Notes under the pieces: model-generated
Told to the model about the DNA's origin: nothing
Seen by the model: only the letters and a program-made list of their open reading frames with translations
Databases searched by the model: none
Shown here: in pieces, positions 20,892-30,004 of the stretch
How positions within the stretch are numbered: the first letter of the stretch is position 1
Layout: each line of letters starts with the position of its first letter
From: Candidatus Hermodarchaeota archaeon
Lineage (GTDB): Archaea > Asgardarchaeota > Lokiarchaeia > Sigyniarchaeales > SOKP01
Direction: 5' to 3'
NCBI GenBank assembly: GCA_048885525.1
Contig: JBHLLP010000006.1
Location: forward strand, 51,247 to 115,246
Length of the DNA stretch: 64,000 bases
Made by a program: the position numbers and the translations under genes

Positions 20892-21917
20892 ATGTCTGAA
20901 AAAAAAGAATATTTATCAAAAAAAGCTCTATTGATTATTGGAATTACAACTGTAGTAATAGTAATAGTTGGTTTGATTTCTTTAATCCCTGAAGTTAATC
21001 TAGCTTTTTATTCTGATAGTTCTACAGTCCGAACAATATTCAATGCTATTACATATCTAGGAGAACCCATTGTATTTATGGTAATAATAGCGATATTATA
21101 TCTAGCATACAACAAAAGCTATGCTAAAAATTTAGCTCTAAGCTTGCTTTTTTCATATTACTTGAGTGGTATTTTCAAAGAAGTTTTTCAAGATGGTAGA
21201 CCATCTTGGAATGCAGATGTAACAGAAGAACTAGGTGTTATTGAATCTTCTTATGGTTTGCCCTCTGGACATACTCAATCTGCTGTAAGTTTTTGGGGTT
21301 ATCTTTCTTATAAATTTAAAGATAGAAAAAAGTTTAATGAAATCCCAATCATTCCAATTATACTTTCTGTTATAATCTTTCTTGTCGCAATTTCAAGGAT
21401 AATAATCGGTGTACATGATCTACAAGATATAATTGCTGCATTATTGTTTGGCTTAGCTTTTTTATTAGCATACATCTATTTAGAGCCAATCATTTCTCCT
21501 ATGTTCAATAAACTCAATTTTGTAATAAAACTGGTGATAACGGTAGTTGTGGCTCTTGCATTGTTCCTAATTGGTACATTTACATGGCCTAGGGCATACG
21601 TAGAATTAGCAACTCAAAACTTTCCTCCCGACTATCCAGATGCAGGAGCTTTTGGCCTCGTTGGAGGAGTGTTATTAGGTTTTGGAATTGGATATTTAAT
21701 TGAACAGGAATATGTAAAATACGACCCATCTACGCTGAGTAATAAAAATAAGATAATAAATATAATAATAGGTATTATAGTCTTATTTGTTGCATTCCTA
21801 CCATTTGAATACCTCTTAGAAATTGATAGTGTTTTTTATCGATTTTTCCGCTATGCTCTTGTATCTTTCTTATTATCTTACCTAGTTCCTTTAATTTGCA
21901 CAAAAATCAATAAATAA
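20892..21917 (+). CDS. PAP2 family membrane phosphatase
   Basis: K.....RP, PSGH, SRI..GVH...D. Confidence 0.88.
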   Translation: MSEKKEYLSKKALLIIGITTVVIVIVGLISLIPEVNLAFYSDSSTVRTIFNAITYLGEPIVFMVIIAILYLAYNKSYAKNLALSLLFSYYLSGIFKEVFQDGRPSWNADVTEELGVIESSYGLPSGHTQSAVSFWGYLSYKFKDRKKFNEIPIIPIILSVIIFLVAISRIIIGVHDLQDIIAALLFGLAFLLAYIYLEPIISPMFNKLNFVIKLVITVVVALALFLIGTFTWPRAYVELATQNFPPDYPDAGAFGLVGGVLLGFGIGYLIEQEYVKYDPSTLSNKNKIINIIIGIIVLFVAFLPFEYLLEIDSVFYRFFRYALVSFLLSYLVPLICTKINK

Positions 21918-21967
21918 TTCTAATTTTTTTTTTAATTTATTATAAATTGAATACTATAAATCAAAAT

Positions 21968-22126
21968 CTACATAGATAAATTTACCCCTCTCCTTGCGAC
22001 TTCTTTTAAAAGGATACGATTTACTAACTCTTTGTCGTGTTGGGTAACCTCATTATGAGGAGTTATTATCTCGTTAATATAAATATCATCCCGTTGAGGA
22101 TGAGGTAGAACTTGTTCAAGGTGCAT
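21968..22126 (-). CDS. Small hypothetical protein (52 aa, MHLEQVLPHP...)
   Basis: ATG at 22126 about 25 nt downstream of a TTTTATAAA box; composition looks more coding-like than the flanks. Confidence 0.4.
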   Translation of the reverse strand: MHLEQVLPHPQRDDIYINEIITPHNEVTQHDKELVNRILLKEVARRGVNLSM

Positions 22127-22209
22127 CTTAATTATGTGAAAAAAAAGTGATTTATAAAATTTCCTATTTCCAAAATGAAAAAAAGGAAAAATCAAACCTA
22201 TTTTTAAAA

Positions 22210-23166
22210 TCAATTAATTTTAAATTTTTGAATAGAAATTTTGATTTGTTGTACAAAATCTTGATTAATTTCATAATTTTTAGTGAAGATGTTATCAAAT
22301 TTAAATCCAGCTCTATTTCTATGTCCGCCACCTTTAAATTTTCTAGCAAATTCTCTGCAATTAACATAATCGCTATGGATAATGATTTCATTATATCGAA
22401 TGTCAATCCCTAGATAAACTTTTATCTCTGAAAATTGACTTTTTAATATTGATACAATCTTTCCTCCTCCAAGTTTAGCAAAAGATATCAATATCTTACC
22501 AAAATCATCAATATCTATAACTATTATGTGATCTAAGGCAAATTGGGTTTGTTCTTTCTCCCATTCTTTAATTTTTACTAATTGCTCATCGAACCAATTA
22601 TCATCAAGCTTTCCAATAGACAATAAATCAACTATTTTTCTCTTAATCTCATCTGATTCAGATTCCCTATTGAATGCTATAATTGATTGAAGATTAGAAG
22701 CAGTTAAGTAGATTTTTGTATGGAAATCAATATCTCTAGAAAATTTTGCTATTATATTCGCAATAGAATCGTTTGGTAAATAATAATCTTTAACAATTTC
22801 GGCACTACATCTATTGGGATCATTTAGATAAACCTCAAGTAATTTTTCTAAATCATCCTTGTAATTTTCATCAATTAAATGATGATCAAACCAAAGTATT
22901 TTAATAGATTTTAATTTGGATTGTTCAAAAAGAGAAAATAGTGTTTTAAAATCGTCATTAAATCCAATATCTGATATAATCAATTGATCTGGGAGCTGCT
23001 CCGCATTCAAGATTTCTCGTATTTTTCCTATAAAATTAGAATAATGAGCATAATGAAGAATAATTTTCCTCTTATTTATGTTAAGACTATGATCGAAATA
23101 TCTTTTAATTATCGCTTGAGAACCCAGTCCATCAAGATCTAACTCATGAGTAATAGAAACGATCAT
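22210..23166 (-). CDS. DHH/DHHA1 family phosphoesterase
   Basis: THELDLDG, FDHH, GGGH..RAG. Confidence 0.85.
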   Translation of the reverse strand: MIVSITHELDLDGLGSQAIIKRYFDHSLNINKRKIILHYAHYSNFIGKIREILNAEQLPDQLIISDIGFNDDFKTLFSLFEQSKLKSIKILWFDHHLIDENYKDDLEKLLEVYLNDPNRCSAEIVKDYYLPNDSIANIIAKFSRDIDFHTKIYLTASNLQSIIAFNRESESDEIKRKIVDLLSIGKLDDNWFDEQLVKIKEWEKEQTQFALDHIIVIDIDDFGKILISFAKLGGGKIVSILKSQFSEIKVYLGIDIRYNEIIIHSDYVNCREFARKFKGGGHRNRAGFKFDNIFTKNYEINQDFVQQIKISIQKFKIN

Positions 23167-23222
23167 TTTTTCTGACTTATGAAAATGGTAATAAATAATA
23201 TTTTGTTTGAAATAAGTAATTT

Positions 23223-23675
23223 TCAGAATAACTTTAATAATGGTTTTATTTTCTCTTTTCCTTTATTATTCTTAATATATTCTAGAATTCTTTTGGATAA
23301 TTCCTTTTTTTTCTGAAAATAAGTTTTCATTATATCTTCTATAGAAGTCGTAGGATATCTTTCCAATAATGCAAGATCCCTTCTTGAACAGCCACCTTGT
23401 CGCATGCAACAATAGGAGAGGGAACCAAAACATACTAAATCAGAATCCCAATTATTTTCTTTGGAAAATTCATCTTTGATTTGAATAAATTCTTCTGGAT
23501 TAAGACCTAACTCATTTAATTTTTCATCTCTTTTACATTTAAAGCCAAATGTCAATGAATAACCTGGTTTACAACAAAATGCTAACGCACGATAATCTCC
23601 TCCCATACATATTGGTACAGGCGCATCCTTTTCCCATCCCGGAATATCTCTAATTCTACTTTCTTCTAACTTCAA
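23223..23675 (-). CDS. Methanogenesis marker 9 domain-like Cys-rich protein
   Basis: AP.PICMGGD.RALAFCCKP and CFGSLSYCC motifs. Confidence 0.75.
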   Translation of the reverse strand: MKLEESRIRDIPGWEKDAPVPICMGGDYRALAFCCKPGYSLTFGFKCKRDEKLNELGLNPEEFIQIKDEFSKENNWDSDLVCFGSLSYCCMRQGGCSRRDLALLERYPTTSIEDIMKTYFQKKKELSKRILEYIKNNKGKEKIKPLLKLF

Positions 23676-23744
23676 AGTAATCTCATTAATTTTAATTTGT
23701 ATAATAATTCGGCATAATTATGATAAGAGGGCTCGGTACGGGAA

Positions 23745-23774
23745 TTATCCCGCAAATAATATATTTTTTTGCGT
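23745..23774 (-). other. 30-nt BHB tRNA intron at position 58/59
   Basis: Central helix GUUC/GGAU, bulges AA|A and AA|U, inner hairpin CGCAAA/UUUGCG. Confidence 0.85.
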
Positions 23775-23786
23775 TTGAACCCGTCT

Positions 23787-23816
23787 TTCCCCAGTTGTAA
23801 GAAAATTCTCACACTT
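23787..23816 (-). other. 30-nt BHB tRNA intron at position 45/46
   Basis: Central helix CCCU/GGGG, bulges AG|A and AA|A, inner hairpin AGUGUGAGA/UCUUACAACU. Confidence 0.85.
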
Positions 23817-23916
23817 CTAGGGATTCACAGTCCCCAATACTAACCACTATACGAACCGAGCCAATGCTTTTTTTTTATAATAAATCTAAATGTTTGCTTA
23901 TAAAAAAATTTAATTA

Positions 23917-24501
23917 TTACTTGTGGTTTTCACTCACAATAGAAATTATAAATTCTAAAAGTTGATTAATTGAATCATCGAGTTTTCCAGAATTATCGAT
24001 AACTAAATCTGCTCCTGAATATAATTGATTATTTTTTGCGCGTTCTATTCTTTCTTGTAATAGTTCTGTTGTTTCCCTTCCTCGACCTTTTAATCGATCT
24101 ATGGTTATCTCGAGAGGAACATAAATGAAAACTACTTTGAGATTCTTATATTTTTCTCTTGCTGGTTTGACTACTCTACGACTAACATTTAGTAAAATAG
24201 GATTTCCAGCTTTTAACCAATCTTCAATTTCTATTGGAATACCATAATATAATCCATAGATATGCCATGTTAATGCAAGCTTTCCTTTTTCTTTAAGATC
24301 TTTGAACTTTTCTTCAGTAATTGAAATGTTTTTTTCAGTTTCAGATGGTGGTCTTGTAATGAATCTTTTTGGAGCATGAATCTGTTTTAAATGAGATGGG
24401 TATTTTTTAATAACTCCGTTTATAATTGAATCTTTGCCAGAACCGGAATTTCCTATAACAAGAAATATTGTACCAGGGAATTTATATGCTATTTTCTTCA
24501 T
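23917..24501 (-). CDS. phnN: Ribose 1,5-bisphosphate phosphokinase PhnN-like (guanylate kinase fold)
   Basis: GNSGSGKDS, RFITRP, W..YGLYYGIP, NVSR, RL.GRGRE. Confidence 0.8.
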   Translation of the reverse strand: MKKIAYKFPGTIFLVIGNSGSGKDSIINGVIKKYPSHLKQIHAPKRFITRPPSETEKNISITEEKFKDLKEKGKLALTWHIYGLYYGIPIEIEDWLKAGNPILLNVSRRVVKPAREKYKNLKVVFIYVPLEITIDRLKGRGRETTELLQERIERAKNNQLYSGADLVIDNSGKLDDSINQLLEFIISIVSENHK

Positions 24502-24643
24502 AAATTAAAAGAATAAAATATAATATATCCTTCTAAAAAACAATTAAAATATAAAAAACCATAAAGACTTATAAGACTAATTTATGTTAACAATCTTGAA
24601 AAAAAAATCATTATTTAAAAAGATTAAATTTTAAACTTCAGAT

Positions 24644-25066
24644 ATGACAGAGAAAAGTTCTAAATCAAATTCAAAGATTTCAGATATTCCTGAAAGTTAT
24701 CAAAGATATTTAGATGAAATTCATAATATATCGAAAAAAAAAAAAGGTGGATGGGTTACAAATAAAGAAATTGCTGAAAATCTTCATGTTGAGCCTGCTT
24801 CTGTGACAGGCATGTTAGAAAAATTAAAAAGTAAAGGATTAATTAAATGGGAACCCAGAAAATCTATTAGATTAACTGAAGAAGGAAAAAGAATCGCTAT
24901 ACAATTAAATGAAATTCACACTCTACTTTACCAATTTTTCTCAAAAGTGTTGGAAATAGAAGATCAAGAAGTTATTGAGAATCTTTCCTGTGAAATAGAA
25001 CATCACATCACTCGAGATGTCAAGAATTCATTAGAAGAATTTCTATCAAAATATTTAGATAGGTAA
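24644..25066 (+). CDS. DtxR/MntR family metal-dependent transcriptional regulator
   Basis: IAENLHV.PASVT.ML, LTEEG, CEIEH. Confidence 0.85.
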   Translation: MTEKSSKSNSKISDIPESYQRYLDEIHNISKKKKGGWVTNKEIAENLHVEPASVTGMLEKLKSKGLIKWEPRKSIRLTEEGKRIAIQLNEIHTLLYQFFSKVLEIEDQEVIENLSCEIEHHITRDVKNSLEEFLSKYLDR

Positions 25067-25131
25067 ATTTAATTATAATCTTTAATTCAATAATCCAAAT
25101 AACTTAAAACAAATCTTCTAAAGTAATTAAG

Positions 25132-25890
25132 ATGTCTGGTGAATTAAAAGAAAAAATAAATTTCGTTCATGAAATATTTGGAAATTTTTCTAACTTTATT
25201 GAATTGAGTGATTTTAGATCTTTTTTATTATTTACCTTAACCAGCCAAATTCCAACAAATATTATGGCTCAATTAGGGCTTGGTTCTAGTAAAGAAGCTA
25301 TAAATCTGCCATATAATCCTGTTTTCAAAATTTATTATCAGAAAATCAATTTAATCGGTGCAGGCTCGTTGATAATTTACGTGAAAAATGAGCCTATCAC
25401 GGATAAATTTACTCTAGAAAAAGATGATCCTGTTATAAAAAGTTTCCTAAAGCCAAATGAAATGAATCTAGCTTTCCGAGGTAAAGAAAAGTTCATATTT
25501 CCTATGATTAGTGATTGTAGTGCATTTGATAAAGATGGAAATTCTAATTTAAATATAAAAATCGATGATTTATTCCACTCATTAGAAAGTTTTTTAGCTG
25601 TTGCTGAACCAAATTTACTCTTTGTTGTAGATGCAACTAATGAAAAAAATCCAGATATTCTATTTACATTTAATATGATGCCAGAAATGCCAAGTCGTAT
25701 GGATCAAAAAGTTCTGAAAATCGATATTTTATTTGATCAAGATCATAAGACAAGAGATAAGACATATTTAAAACGAGAAGAAGATTATACAGTAAAATAT
25801 TTGAATGATATCAAAGAAATTAGTCATGCAGATACTTATAAGTCGGCATTTTCATTAATACTGCATATAAAATCATTTTCAAAACCTTAA
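25132..25890 (+). CDS. Hypothetical protein
   Basis: 252-aa ORF, no motif recognised. Confidence 0.6.
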   Translation: MSGELKEKINFVHEIFGNFSNFIELSDFRSFLLFTLTSQIPTNIMAQLGLGSSKEAINLPYNPVFKIYYQKINLIGAGSLIIYVKNEPITDKFTLEKDDPVIKSFLKPNEMNLAFRGKEKFIFPMISDCSAFDKDGNSNLNIKIDDLFHSLESFLAVAEPNLLFVVDATNEKNPDILFTFNMMPEMPSRMDQKVLKIDILFDQDHKTRDKTYLKREEDYTVKYLNDIKEISHADTYKSAFSLILHIKSFSKP

Positions 25891-26127
25891 TATTCCTCAA
25901 TCCATTCTTACTTTTCATTTTTTCTAAGTTTCGCATTAAAGAAATACATATTATCAAGTTAATATCATTATTGTATTTATTAATTAACTGATAGAACAAT
26001 ATTCGTTAGCGATTAAGCGATTAATACAATTAAAGGATTAATATATTCAATTTATAAAATATCCGACAAAATATATAAAGTAGAACAATCAGTCCTCAAT
26101 TTATTTTTTAATATTTTGTAATAAGGG

Positions 26128-26340
26128 TTGTATAAAATGAAGATTATTACTATAAATTTACCAGAAAAGTATTTGCAAGCGATCCAAATTTTGAATGATA
26201 TGGGGGTCTACCCTTCTCGGAGTGAGGCGATAAGAATTGCTTTGCACGAATTTTTAGCAAAAGAGTTAAAAATGTATAAAGATCTTGATGATGAAAGCTT
26301 TAAAATGCTTATTAGAAGTAAATCAAACAATAAAAAATAA
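26128..26340 (+). CDS. Ribbon-helix-helix (CopG family) regulator
   Basis: MKIITINLP...YPSRSEAIR.AL. Confidence 0.85.
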   Translation: MYKMKIITINLPEKYLQAIQILNDMGVYPSRSEAIRIALHEFLAKELKMYKDLDDESFKMLIRSKSNNKK

Positions 26341-26493
26341 AAACCTTTTTTTTATTTATATTCACTCTTAAAATTCCAGTTTTTAAGGGTTTAGTGAGTA
26401 AAGCAACACTCTCTAAAAAGAAGATTAATTAAAATATTAAATACAAATAGAACCTAAATTAAGTTATAGATTATTTTATTATGTATTTGATGA

Positions 26494-27765
26494 TTGATGA
26501 AGAAATTAAAATCTATACAAATAATCACTTTATTAACGCTTTTTTCAAGCGCCTTGTTTAGCATAATAACCCCAATGGCAGAGGAGATTTCTTTTGCTTT
26601 GAATTTTAATGAAAATCAAGTAACATTCATAAATTCAATGTTTTTAATGGTTGGTGCTGTTAGTTCTCTTATATGGGCAATTTTAGGAGATAAAACATCA
26701 AGAAAGATATTACTTATTATTTCAACCCTTGAATGGTCAGTTCTTCTCTTACTTACAATATTCTCAACTAATTTTCTTTCTTTATTAACATTTCAATTAA
26801 TTACAGCAATAGGATTTGGAGCGGCGCTACCATTAATTTTCTCATTAGCGGTTGACTTAGTTGATCCAAAAAATCGAGGAAAAAAATTTGGAACTCTTTC
26901 TGCGGTTTACGTTTTAGGTAATGGATTAGGACAAGTCCTTTCTGGATTCTTAATAGATTACTATACATGGCAAATACCACTTTTAATCATATCCATAGGT
27001 GGATTTATTTGTACGGGGTTGCTATTTTTAGTTGAAGAGCCTTTAAGAGGAAGTAAAGATGAGTTATATCAATCAATTGATGAAGGAGCTTTTGGATTAG
27101 GATATAAAATCAAGATAAATGATCTTAAGCAAATTTGGAAGATAAAGTCAACTCTATGGATATTATTTTTTAATTTTACCATGTTTATCTCTATAGGTGC
27201 TATAGCTTCATTTTTTATATCAATGATGAAAAATGATTTTGAACTAAGCTCAACTTTAGCAACTTTAATTTTAATTTTAGTGTTTGGTTCTCAAGTTCCC
27301 GCAGGACCTCTCTTTGGTAAATGGGGCGATAAAAAATATGAGAGTGAAAAGAAAGGAAGGATGAAAGTTGTGCTAATATGTCTTTTATCTGGCTCAACTT
27401 TGTATATTATAGCTTATTTATTATTTTTTATATCGACAGAATTACCTATTATTTTTATATTTGTTATCCTTACAATAGGTGGTGCCTTTTTATTCGGTGG
27501 TATTGATCCTTTAACGCAGGCTACTCTTGGAATCAACCCTCCACAAATTAGGTCAACAATTTATTCAATCAATTACTTAACTTACACATTTGGACGTAGT
27601 ATAAGTTTGCTTCTTCTTGGCCAATTTTTCATTAGCTTTAATAACTTTTATAGTCCTGGTTATTTGATTTTATCGATAATGGCTTTGATATGCTCATTAA
27701 GTCTTATTCCTATTTTAAAAATTTTACCACGAGATATTGAGAGTATTAAATCGAGTAAAGTCTAA
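26494..27765 (+). CDS. MFS transporter
   Basis: About 12 TM helices, LGDKTSRK motif A. Confidence 0.85.
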   Translation: MMKKLKSIQIITLLTLFSSALFSIITPMAEEISFALNFNENQVTFINSMFLMVGAVSSLIWAILGDKTSRKILLIISTLEWSVLLLLTIFSTNFLSLLTFQLITAIGFGAALPLIFSLAVDLVDPKNRGKKFGTLSAVYVLGNGLGQVLSGFLIDYYTWQIPLLIISIGGFICTGLLFLVEEPLRGSKDELYQSIDEGAFGLGYKIKINDLKQIWKIKSTLWILFFNFTMFISIGAIASFFISMMKNDFELSSTLATLILILVFGSQVPAGPLFGKWGDKKYESEKKGRMKVVLICLLSGSTLYIIAYLLFFISTELPIIFIFVILTIGGAFLFGGIDPLTQATLGINPPQIRSTIYSINYLTYTFGRSISLLLLGQFFISFNNFYSPGYLILSIMALICSLSLIPILKILPRDIESIKSSKV

Positions 27766-27799
27766 TTTTATCCATTATTTTTTATAACGATGATATATT

Positions 27800-28501
27800 A
27801 TGGAAATAAAAAATGATTTATGTATAGGGTGTGCGCAATGTGTAATTATTTGTCCAGTTCAAGCTATAAAATTAATAGATGATAAAGCATTTATTAATGA
27901 AGAACAATGTGTTGAATGTGCTGTTTGTTATCGAGATGCAGAGTGTCCTGTTAACGCAATTAGATCGAGAAGATTAAAGTGGCCAAGAATAATTCGGAGT
28001 CCATTAAGCAATGTGATTGCACCTCATAAAATTACAGGAATTCCTGGAAGGGGTACCGAAGAAATGAAAACGAACGATTTAACAAATCGTTATGAAATTG
28101 GGGAAGTTGGCATCTGTATTGAAATAGGTCGACCGGGAATTGGAACCTATCTAAGAAATATTGAGCTATTTACAATAGAATTAGCTAGATTAGGTGTAGA
28201 ATTCGAACCTAAAAGTCCTGTGACAGCGATTATTATTGATGAAGAAGGAAATATAAAAGATGATATAAAAAATGAAAAAGTTCTTTCCGCGTTCATAGAA
28301 ATGAAGGTTTCAGAAAACAAATTAAATAAAATTTTAGACGTTATTAAAGAATTGGATAAAAAGATTGATACAGTCTTTTCAGTGGGTATAATTTCAAGAG
28401 TCAGAGAAAGTGGAGATATTTCAATCATAGATATTATTACTCAAAAGGGTTTCAATGTTAGACCAAATGCGAAAATTAATATTGGTTTAGGAAAACCTTA
28501 A
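27800..28501 (+). CDS. 4Fe-4S dicluster domain protein
   Basis: Two CxxCxxxCP ferredoxin motifs; GRGTEEMKTND. Confidence 0.8.
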   Translation: MEIKNDLCIGCAQCVIICPVQAIKLIDDKAFINEEQCVECAVCYRDAECPVNAIRSRRLKWPRIIRSPLSNVIAPHKITGIPGRGTEEMKTNDLTNRYEIGEVGICIEIGRPGIGTYLRNIELFTIELARLGVEFEPKSPVTAIIIDEEGNIKDDIKNEKVLSAFIEMKVSENKLNKILDVIKELDKKIDTVFSVGIISRVRESGDISIIDIITQKGFNVRPNAKINIGLGKP

Positions 28502-28502
28502 T

Positions 28503-29114
28503 ATGGAGGTAGGTAAGAATTTGACTCATTCTTTACATAGAAAAGGAACTCTTGAAGATTTACAAGGTGATTATATTATTTTAGCTATGCTGGCATCAGG
28601 TATAAACGATAAGTATCCAGATTCGCGTCAAAGATTATTAAGGGTTGGCGATATTCTAAATGAATATAATCCCATAAATATTCAGTCTAAACTTACCTGG
28701 AGCATTTCTCCTGTTATAACAGCAACATATACTAATATAAAAACAGTAAAAAAAGTATTAAAGGCTATTAAAGAAGAAGATTTAGGTATTTCTATAGTAG
28801 TTAGTGGATTGATATCAGAAATCAAAAAAGTTGTAAAAGAAATCGAGTTAGATTTACATACAGTCCACCTTTCCTTAGGCGTTTTTGGCAAAAAAGATTT
28901 ATTACCTCATGAGAATATATTAGAAATTACAACAATGTGTGGACATCATTGTATTTCACCTCAATCTGTTGAGCATTATGTGCAATTGATTAAATATGGA
29001 AAAATCTCGGTAGAAAAAGCAGCAGTGAAATTAAGGAAACCATGTGTTTGTGGATTATTCAATCTCTCTAGAGCAGAGCAAATACTTAATAGATTAGTTA
29101 AAGAGTATTCTTAA
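28503..29114 (+). CDS. Conserved hypothetical Cys-containing partner of the upstream ferredoxin-like protein
   Basis: THSLHR.G, TMCGH, CVCGLFN; 1-nt gap from the upstream gene. Confidence 0.65.
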   Translation: MEVGKNLTHSLHRKGTLEDLQGDYIILAMLASGINDKYPDSRQRLLRVGDILNEYNPINIQSKLTWSISPVITATYTNIKTVKKVLKAIKEEDLGISIVVSGLISEIKKVVKEIELDLHTVHLSLGVFGKKDLLPHENILEITTMCGHHCISPQSVEHYVQLIKYGKISVEKAAVKLRKPCVCGLFNLSRAEQILNRLVKEYS

Positions 29115-29199
29115 TTTTAAAAATAACTAAAGTATGGAACTTAAGATATAAATACTCAACTGCTTTATTTTCAATTAGAAAAAAAGGAGTTCAGATTTT

Positions 29200-29838
29200 A
29201 TGAAGATTTCTATAATTGGAACTGGAAGATTAGGAAGTGCTTTAGGGAAAATATGGGCAGAAAAAGGTCATACGATTATGTTTGGCTCTCAAGATCCTCA
29301 AAAAGCAAAAAAACTAGCTAATTCAATTGGATCCAATGCAATCGGTGGAACTTATGAAGAAGCTTCAAAATATAGTGAAGTTATTATTCTAGCGGTTCCA
29401 TGGTCAGGCGCAAAAGAATCAATCAAAAAAGCAGGAAATTTAGAGGGTAAGATTATAGTAGATTCTACTACTACTGCTGCGCCCCATTTGGGAGGGCTCT
29501 CATTAGAACCTACTCCATCAGCAGCAGAAAAAGTCGCCAAATGGGCAGTAGGTGCAAAAGTAATAAAAGCTGTTCATACTATTGGTGTAGAAAGTTTGGA
29601 TAAAACACTATTTGGATCCCAACAAGCAAGCTTATTTGTCTGTGGAGATAATCTAGATGCAAAATCAAAAGTAAAACAATTAGGAATCGATATTGGTTTT
29701 GATGTTATTGATGCTGGACCACTTAGAAATGCTAGACTTATCGAACCTCTAGCAAGGCTTTGGATTGAACTAGCTTATAATCAAGGGATGGGAACTGATA
29801 TTTCTTTTAAATTATTAAGGCGTAGGAAGGCAAAATAA
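29200..29838 (+). CDS. NADPH-dependent F420 reductase-like oxidoreductase
   Basis: IIGTG.LG, ILAVPW, VCGD...AK, DAGPL.NAR.IE. Confidence 0.8.
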   Translation: MKISIIGTGRLGSALGKIWAEKGHTIMFGSQDPQKAKKLANSIGSNAIGGTYEEASKYSEVIILAVPWSGAKESIKKAGNLEGKIIVDSTTTAAPHLGGLSLEPTPSAAEKVAKWAVGAKVIKAVHTIGVESLDKTLFGSQQASLFVCGDNLDAKSKVKQLGIDIGFDVIDAGPLRNARLIEPLARLWIELAYNQGMGTDISFKLLRRRKAK

Positions 29839-30004
29839 TTAATTTTATAATTTATTTTTCTCTTTTCAATTTCAGTTGCTATTTTGTAAATATTGGTAAA
29901 TTTAAGGAAGTTACAATATTAACTTTTAAAAAAAAATTAATTTAAAAATTATAAATAATCATAGGTAGATTATATTTTAATAGATAATAATTTATGAATG
30001 AGTT

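Larger units (their letters stand above)
23730..23862 (-). tRNA. tRNA-His(GUG) with encoded G-1 and two non-canonical introns
   Basis: Acceptor GCTCGGT/ACCGAGC, G-1:C73, D-loop AGTGGTTA, anticodon arm GGGGA-CTGTGAA-TCCCT, T arm ACGGG-TTCAATT-CCCGT after removing 23787-23816 and 23745-23774; mature length 73 nt, CCA not encoded. Confidence 0.92.

Noticed and set aside
23730-23862. SRP RNA or RNase P RNA as the identity of this GC-rich island
   Set aside because: It resolves fully into a tRNA-His cloverleaf plus two introns.
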